Source: Candidatus Spongiisociaceae bacterium
Lineage (GTDB): Bacteria; Actinomycetota; Acidimicrobiia; Spongiisociales; Spongiisociaceae
DNA: 64,000 nt
Direction: 5' to 3'
Assembly: GCA_965219685.1 (NCBI GenBank)
Contig: CBDCOH010000002.1
Span: 4,000,001 to 4,064,000 of the forward strand
Positions within the stretch are counted from its first letter, which is position 1. Each line of letters begins with the position of its first letter. Shown in pieces: positions 58,263 to 64,000 of this stretch. The translations under genes and the position numbers were made by a program. The notes under the pieces were generated by a model. The model was not told the origin of the DNA and searched no databases. It saw only the letters and a list, made by a program, of their open reading frames with translations.

Positions 58263-59120
58263 TCAGTTGCCGGTTATCAGGTACGAGAGGGTGCGGTTGG
58301 CGTTCATCGGTGCCCACTGCTTGAAACCTGCCCAGTGTCCCCAGCGCGGTCTCAGCCTGGCGGCCACCTTGGCGCAGGTCTCGTTGCGGACCCGCTCGGT
58401 CATCTCTACCCCGTCCTCGCCCGGGAGGGGCTTCTGGCCGCCCATCGAGGCGAACTCCTCGGCCGTGACGTCGATCAGTTCGTGGAAGTAGGCGCGGTAG
58501 TCGTCGGCCCATGACCGTTGGTCGGGACCCAGGTGCCCACCCATGACGATGTCGAAGTCCTCGGCCGCCAGAGCATCGAGCGTGTCGACTATCCCGGCCA
58601 GATCCGAGTCGGCCAGGTCGCGATAGGGGGCTACCCCCGGCTCGATGACATCGGAGAACACCAGCAACGTGCCCCCGTCCGTGTTTGCGAACAGGGCGAT
58701 GTTCGAGTTGGAGTGGTTGGGTCCGAAGTACCGGGTCCTGATCTCGAGGCTCCCGAACCGAAGCGTATCCTCGTCGGCCACCAGGCGGGTCGGAAGCCGC
58801 AGGTCGTCGGCGCCCCTCCGGGCGATCCGCTCGGCTGCCAGCGGGTGGGCGATGATCTCGGCGTCCGGGCCCAGGATCCGGGCGCCGCAGGCATGGTCAC
58901 GGTGGTCGTGGGTGTAGACGATGGCGACCACCGGTGCGTCGGTGACGGTGGCGATCGCCCTGCGGTAAGCGGCGGAGGCGGTGTCGTCTATAGGGTCGAC
59001 GGCGCAGACACCCTCCGAGGTTACGAAGAAAGGGCTGGCATAGAAGCCCGTGCGCCACTTGAACAGGTGCACGCCCTTCCCCAGGTCCTCCAGGTCCCAG
59101 TCAGCCTCTCGTTCCGCCAT
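58263..59120 (-). CDS. Metallo-beta-lactamase-fold hydrolase
   Basis: YTHDHRDH, GPNHS, GGH; paralog of 26125-26973 (both end Y.ITGN). Confidence 0.88.
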   Translation of the reverse strand: MAEREADWDLEDLGKGVHLFKWRTGFYASPFFVTSEGVCAVDPIDDTASAAYRRAIATVTDAPVVAIVYTHDHRDHACGARILGPDAEIIAHPLAAERIARRGADDLRLPTRLVADEDTLRFGSLEIRTRYFGPNHSNSNIALFANTDGGTLLVFSDVIEPGVAPYRDLADSDLAGIVDTLDALAAEDFDIVMGGHLGPDQRSWADDYRAYFHELIDVTAEEFASMGGQKPLPGEDGVEMTERVRNETCAKVAARLRPRWGHWAGFKQWAPMNANRTLSYLITGN

Positions 59121-59229
59121 CGGACATTCCTCTTTCCTGACCCGGCGCGGCGCGGGACACTGACGGATGATAGGTTTACGTCGGCGGCCGCGGTGACGCT
59201 CTAAGGTCAGCGGTCGGGAGGATTACCAG

Positions 59230-60201
59230 ATGGCGAGCTTCATCCTACGCAGGGCGGTCGGCAGCGTGCTGGTGTTCTTCGCCGTCGCCATCCTCGTCTT
59301 CGCGATGATCCACCTCGCCCCTGGGGACATCGCTCAGCTGATGCTCGGAGTGAATCTAGACGCCACCATCATCGAGGAGCTCGCCCAGGAGCTCGGGCTG
59401 CGCCGGCCCTTCATCGTCCAGTTCGGTTCCTATATCGGTGACCTGCTGACCGGCGAGTTCGGTGAATCGGCCTTCTCGAAGCGGCCGGTCTGGGACATGA
59501 TCAAGGAGCGGGCGCCGGTCACCCTGGAACTCGGCCTGGTTACAGCCGTCTTCGCCACGATCATCGCGCTGATCCTGGGTCTGATCGCCGCGGCCCTACC
59601 CGGCAGCTTCCTGGACGGGCTGATCCGGGTGGTGACCGTCGTGGGGATCTCGATCCCCAACTTCTGGCTGGGCCTGGTCCTGATCATGGTGTTCGCCATC
59701 TACATCCCCGGGATCCTCCCGCCCGGGGGGTGGACCCCTTTCACGCAGGACTGGGTTCTGAACCTGAAGAGCCTGGTTCTACCCGGCGTGGTGCTCAGCG
59801 TCGGAACGATCGCGGTGGTGGCCCGGACCTTGCGAGCCTCGATGCTTGATGCCCTCGAGCGCGACTACGTGATGTTCGCCCGGTCGATGGGACTCAGACG
59901 TCGCCGGGTGATCGGGACCGTCGCCTTCCCGAACGCCATGCTGCCCACCACCACCGTGATCGGCCTGCTGGTCGGGTACCTGGTGAGTGGTTCGGTCATC
60001 GTCGAGACCGTGTTCACGATTCCCGGCGTCGGTCAGTTGCTCGTCACCGCCCTCCGCACCCAGGACATCCCGGTCGCGATCGGAGCGACCCTGTTCGTGG
60101 CGGGCCTCTTCCTGCTGATCAATCTGCTGGTCGACATCTCCTACGCAGTGCTGAACCCGAGAATCCGCGAGCTCTACCTGCGAAGGGGGGCGGCCCGATG
60201 A
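59230..60201 (+). CDS. ABC peptide-type transporter permease (DppB/OppB-like)
   Basis: HLAPGD, SIPNFWLG, DYVMFARSMG, VETVF.IPGVG. Confidence 0.93.
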   Translation: MASFILRRAVGSVLVFFAVAILVFAMIHLAPGDIAQLMLGVNLDATIIEELAQELGLRRPFIVQFGSYIGDLLTGEFGESAFSKRPVWDMIKERAPVTLELGLVTAVFATIIALILGLIAAALPGSFLDGLIRVVTVVGISIPNFWLGLVLIMVFAIYIPGILPPGGWTPFTQDWVLNLKSLVLPGVVLSVGTIAVVARTLRASMLDALERDYVMFARSMGLRRRRVIGTVAFPNAMLPTTTVIGLLVGYLVSGSVIVETVFTIPGVGQLLVTALRTQDIPVAIGATLFVAGLFLLINLLVDISYAVLNPRIRELYLRRGAAR

Positions 60202-61136
60202 CTCCGGCTTCCGAAGGAACGGGACCGATCGGTGAGGCGGTTCCCCACCGTCAGCGGACCTGGCGGCGGTCCCTGGCCCTGGCGGTGCGAACCCTCAACC
60301 ACAACTGGCTCACGAGGGTCGGCGCGGTTCTGGGTCTCTCATACATCCTGTTCGCATTGCTGGGTCCGGTCCTCACGCCCGATCCGCTCCAGCAGAGCAA
60401 CGACATCCTTCAAGGCCCGAACGCTGCGTACCTGTTCGGTACCGACCAGTTGGGGAGGGACATGCTGGCACGAGCCGCAGCGGGTGCCCGCGTCTCGCTG
60501 CTCGTGGCGATCGCGAGTGTGATCGTCGGTCTGCTGCTGGCTGTTCCCGCGGGGATGCTGGCCGGGTTCCGGGGAGGAACCCTCCTGGACGAGATCATCA
60601 TGAGGTCGGTGGACGTGCTCCTGGCCCTACCGCTCTTCGTCTTGGGCATGTTCGTACTGGGAGTGTTCGGGACCGGCGACACGCAGGTCGGCTTCCTGAC
60701 CATTCCTGCCGCATGGAAGGTGGTGGTGCTGATCGCCATCGCCGCGACACCCTTCTTCGCGCGCGTGGCGCGAGCCGCCACCCTGACCGAGGTCGAGGAG
60801 GACTACGTGGACGCACTCCGGGTGGTTGGTGTTCCGGGCCGGGCGATCCTGTCCAGGGAGATCCTCGTAAATGTCCTTCCCCCGGTGCTGGTCCAAGCCT
60901 TCCTGTGGATAGCCATCGCCATCTTCGCCGAGGCCGCCCTCAGCTTCCTGGGCCTAGGCATCCAGGCACCCCAGCCCACCCTGGGCAACATCCTGTTCGA
61001 CGCCACCAGCTACATGTTCGCCGGTGCCTGGTGGTTCTCGGTCCTGCCGGGCCTCGTCCTGCTGATGGCGACGGTCGCGTTCAACCTGGTGGGCGACGGC
61101 CTCAACGACCTCCTAGATCCGCGGCTCCGCCAGTAG
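60198..61136 (+). CDS. ABC peptide-type transporter permease (DppC/OppC-like)
   Basis: FGTDQLGRD, EDYVDA, EAALSFLGLG, NLVGDGL..LDPR. Confidence 0.93.
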   Translation: MTPASEGTGPIGEAVPHRQRTWRRSLALAVRTLNHNWLTRVGAVLGLSYILFALLGPVLTPDPLQQSNDILQGPNAAYLFGTDQLGRDMLARAAAGARVSLLVAIASVIVGLLLAVPAGMLAGFRGGTLLDEIIMRSVDVLLALPLFVLGMFVLGVFGTGDTQVGFLTIPAAWKVVVLIAIAATPFFARVARAATLTEVEEDYVDALRVVGVPGRAILSREILVNVLPPVLVQAFLWIAIAIFAEAALSFLGLGIQAPQPTLGNILFDATSYMFAGAWWFSVLPGLVLLMATVAFNLVGDGLNDLLDPRLRQ

Positions 61137-61236
61137 TTGTCAGTTATCAGTTGGGCTGTATCGAACACTGGCTGTTACCGCGAGACTCAAACAGCGCTAA
61201 GTATCAACTACAAACTAGCAACTATCAACTAGAATA

Positions 61237-62562
61237 CTAGCTGAACCGCTCGGCCAAGACCGCTACGTTCTCGACCTCTTCGAGGTTCCACACCAGCTCG
61301 ACGAGTTCACTCGCCTTGATCCGACCGACGACCGGTACGGCCTGCTGGAGGAACTTCTCGACGCAGTCGTCCCGCGTGAGTGGATCGTCTGGGGAACCGT
61401 GGAACCGGCTGCGATGGATCGAACGCCGTATCGTCCGGCCGAGGGCCTTCACCTCGACCTCGTTCATCTCCGGGTTCTCGTGGGCGGCCACCGTGACCCG
61501 GGAGGCGATCGCGGCGCGTCCGGGATCCCCCAGCCCTTCGGGGTCCACCCACGACTTGCCGGAGGGGATGCCTAGTAGGAGGCTCGCGAAGGCGAGTGGG
61601 ATGCTGCCCTGAGCCTCCCAGAAGGTCCGAGGGGACGGGTTGGCGAACGGGACGTAGATGTCCGGTCCGCGGAACACCACCGAATCCACCTCGTCGGGCC
61701 GTAGCCCTTCGCCGGCGATCATCTCGGCCAGCAACTGGAGGCCGCCCTGGAAGCCCCAACTGCCCACCCTGGGTTTCATCGAGAGGCGGTCGTGGACCGA
61801 GCGGAACCGGTGCGCGGTGTCCAGCATGACATCGGCCCGGTACTCGTCCCCGATAGTGGCTTCGAGGACTCCCGGCAGACCGCCGCCGGCCTCCGAGGCC
61901 AGCAGGACCGACTGGAGGCCGATCTGGCAGGCGTGCAGGTGGGGACTTACCCGGTAGGCGTTCTCGTTGCCCAGCCCGAAGGTCACTTCCATTCTCGGGG
62001 GCATCGCGGTCACCCAGGCAAGGCCGATGGCCCGCTCGGTCGTCTCGAGGTCGAGTCCCAGCATCCGGGCTGCCACCACAGCGACGTTGAAGTAGAGATG
62101 CCTGCGGGGATGTCCCCGGTAGACGCTGAAGACCCTCTCGGTGGCGGTGGCCGCGTCGAACACGCGGGTGTTCAGTTCGTAACCCAGGGCGGTGGCCGTT
62201 ATGACCTCCCGGCCCGACGCGCCGACCATCTCGCCGACCGCCAGGGCCATAGCCGAGATCGGCGCGAACATGTGGACTCCGGGGCCTTGCTCCTCGAAGT
62301 CGGAGTCCGACGCCATCTGGGAGTTGACTCCCGCGGCCAGTCCCGCGCTCACCCGGGCGCCGTCCCCGACGATGGTGGCCTGAGGACTCCCGCCGAGCGA
62401 ACGGGCCAGGGCCGCGAACGGCCGGTCGACGATGTCGTAGCTGAAGAACGTGATGGCCAGGTTGTCGAGAGTGGCGCGCTTGATGGTCTCGACGGACGCG
62501 GGCGGTATGTCCTCGAACGCGGTGGTGGCGATCTCCTCGGCGAATGCTCTCGACACGGGCAT
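61237..62562 (-). CDS. MmgE/PrpD family protein
   Basis: IKRATLD, AGVNS, SGREVITA..LGYE, GSPDDPL...EKF. Confidence 0.85.
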   Translation of the reverse strand: MPVSRAFAEEIATTAFEDIPPASVETIKRATLDNLAITFFSYDIVDRPFAALARSLGGSPQATIVGDGARVSAGLAAGVNSQMASDSDFEEQGPGVHMFAPISAMALAVGEMVGASGREVITATALGYELNTRVFDAATATERVFSVYRGHPRRHLYFNVAVVAARMLGLDLETTERAIGLAWVTAMPPRMEVTFGLGNENAYRVSPHLHACQIGLQSVLLASEAGGGLPGVLEATIGDEYRADVMLDTAHRFRSVHDRLSMKPRVGSWGFQGGLQLLAEMIAGEGLRPDEVDSVVFRGPDIYVPFANPSPRTFWEAQGSIPLAFASLLLGIPSGKSWVDPEGLGDPGRAAIASRVTVAAHENPEMNEVEVKALGRTIRRSIHRSRFHGSPDDPLTRDDCVEKFLQQAVPVVGRIKASELVELVWNLEEVENVAVLAERFS

Positions 62563-62616
62563 TGGCAACCTTCCGTTAGATGTCAGGTGTAGTAGCAGCT
62601 TCTCTACCGCCGACCA

Positions 62617-64000
62617 TCAGTTCAGCGTATCGTCCAGAAACGCCCGGTACACAGCGATCGCGCTGGGTGGTGAGACCAGTTCCCGATAGCGGCTGTGGAT
62701 CGGCACGGCCAGGTCCTCGGTCTCCTCGACGCGGGCGCTCGGCAGGACCCGTGAGGCAGCCTCGAGATGGACGATCCAGGGGTCGGTCGGCCGGGAGCAA
62801 ATCAGCATGTCGGCCTCGATGAGCGGCAGGCGCTCGGTGGTCGGGTACTTCCATAGGGCGAGGAAGTTGCCGTGGAACGTGCGACCACCCTTTAGGAACT
62901 CGACCAGGCTGTGGTGGATGTCCTCGGTCGGGGAGAAACTGCCCACCCGGGTGGCGGCCGCGGTGCGATCGTAGAGCGGCCACCAGAGGAGCACGTCCCG
63001 CATGTAGTTCCAGGCCCAGATCAGGTGGGCGCCGTCCCACGACGGCACCATGGGTGGTTGGTAGTTGTCGATGAACTCCTGGCTTTCGGCGGCCGTGTAG
63101 ATGGGGATGCCGTCCAGGATCAGATGGCGCACCAGCGACGGCCGTTCGATCGCCAGCTGCATGCCCAGCACCGCGCCCGTGTGGTTGCCGTAGGCGTCGT
63201 AATCGTCGTGGCCTTCCGCGTCGCACACCTCGGCGACGATCCGGGCCAGATCCGCCATGTCCGGCTCACCCGGGAACGGGGCTGAGTCCCCGTTGCCCGG
63301 AGTGTCGAGCGCCAGGGTGGGCCGGTCGGTTCCCATCGCCTTCATGAGCGGTTCGAGCGCGGCGCTCGAACCCGGGGGCGAAGCCTGCAACAGGAGCAGC
63401 GGCCGCCCGTCCCCGCCGCCGCGACGCACCAGGATCTGCCCGACCGACGTCGAGACGTATCCACGCCGAACCGTTCCCGGCACCTGCTCCTCGGGCGGGG
63501 GAGGCGGAGCTTCGGGGAGGCGGGATCCCGCCAGGAAGGAGCGGATCGAGCCGACCAGTTCGTCTCGCTCGTCGGTGATTCGGGGTCTGACCTCGATGGT
63601 CGCGGACAGTTCCGGCAGGCGTTCGACGTGACTCGCGAGGGGATCACCGGGCCCCACCGTGATCGCGGCGGGCACGCCGAGGCCGGCGAGGGCCTCACGC
63701 GGGTCGTACTCGAACGAGGCCTGATAGAGCTTCCGGTACAGCGGACCTGCCCGCAGCATGTCTAGCACCTTGTCGTGGAGACCGTCGACCGATGGCATGT
63801 CGGCCACCCGCCGCGACTCGGGAGTCCGCCTGTACCAGGGCCAGAACAGAAGCATGTCCCGGCGGACCGCCCAGGTTCGCACCAGGTGGGAGCCGTCCCA
63901 CTGCGGTTCCAGCGAGGGCGTGTAGTTGGCGAGGAGGTCGGCCCGCTCATCGGGCGTATAGACCGCCAGCGCGTTGAGGATCAGGCGGTTGACCCGCCGG
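62617..64000 (-). CDS. Tandem alpha/beta-hydrolase-fold protein (5' end outside window)
   Basis: Frame open to the window edge; DTPGNG.S, YGNHTG, FWPWY; paralog of 39149-40771. Confidence 0.85.
   Translation of the reverse strand, partial: RRVNRLILNALAVYTPDERADLLANYTPSLEPQWDGSHLVRTWAVRRDMLLFWPWYRRTPESRRVADMPSVDGLHDKVLDMLRAGPLYRKLYQASFEYDPREALAGLGVPAAITVGPGDPLASHVERLPELSATIEVRPRITDERDELVGSIRSFLAGSRLPEAPPPPPEEQVPGTVRRGYVSTSVGQILVRRGGGDGRPLLLLQASPPGSSAALEPLMKAMGTDRPTLALDTPGNGDSAPFPGEPDMADLARIVAEVCDAEGHDDYDAYGNHTGAVLGMQLAIERPSLVRHLILDGIPIYTAAESQEFIDNYQPPMVPSWDGAHLIWAWNYMRDVLLWWPLYDRTAAATRVGSFSPTEDIHHSLVEFLKGGRTFHGNFLALWKYPTTERLPLIEADMLICSRPTDPWIVHLEAASRVLPSARVEETEDLAVPIHSRYRELVSPPSAIAVYRAFLDDTLN

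Overview
High-GC, Actinomycetota-like DNA. An Acidimicrobiia-type host, possibly sponge- or marine-associated, is inferred from the SLH/FN3/cadherin proteins, Thr-rich Tat lipoprotein and F420-type LLM enzymes. The window is mostly an accessory catabolic region. (1) 951-8679 (-) is a tightly coupled operon for a toluene/alkene-type soluble di-iron monooxygenase (alpha, gamma, effector, beta, Rieske ferredoxin). It has a glutathione-reductase-type reductase, a DJ-1/PfpI protein, two SnoaL/NTF2 proteins, a DUF59 protein, an ABM protein and a divergent ribosomal protein uL22-like gene that has lost many basic residues. (2) An LprG/P55-like lipoprotein-MFS pair follows. (3) About 45 kb carries a recurrent set of enzymes for an unknown substrate: 4 VOC proteins, 3 alpha/beta-fold proteins with His at the nucleophile position, 2 cupins, 2 MBL, 2 amidohydrolases, 2 LLM, flavoproteins, a CoA ligase, a PrpD-like protein and a peptide-type ABC transporter. 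(4) A probable CxxU selenoprotein of the AhpD/CMD family has an in-frame TGA and a SECIS-like hairpin. (5) An intact IS1634 with a 5-bp target duplication and a second IS end remnant bracket FN3/SLH surface-protein cargo, next to a chimeric duplicate pseudogene. (6) A low-GC islet holds an unknown protein and a DNA methyltransferase. (7) There are two PIN toxin-antitoxin modules. (8) Heptamer tandem arrays sit at many gene junctions, some attached to dispersed 70-80 bp elements. All family calls come from motif recognition by eye; no searches were run.
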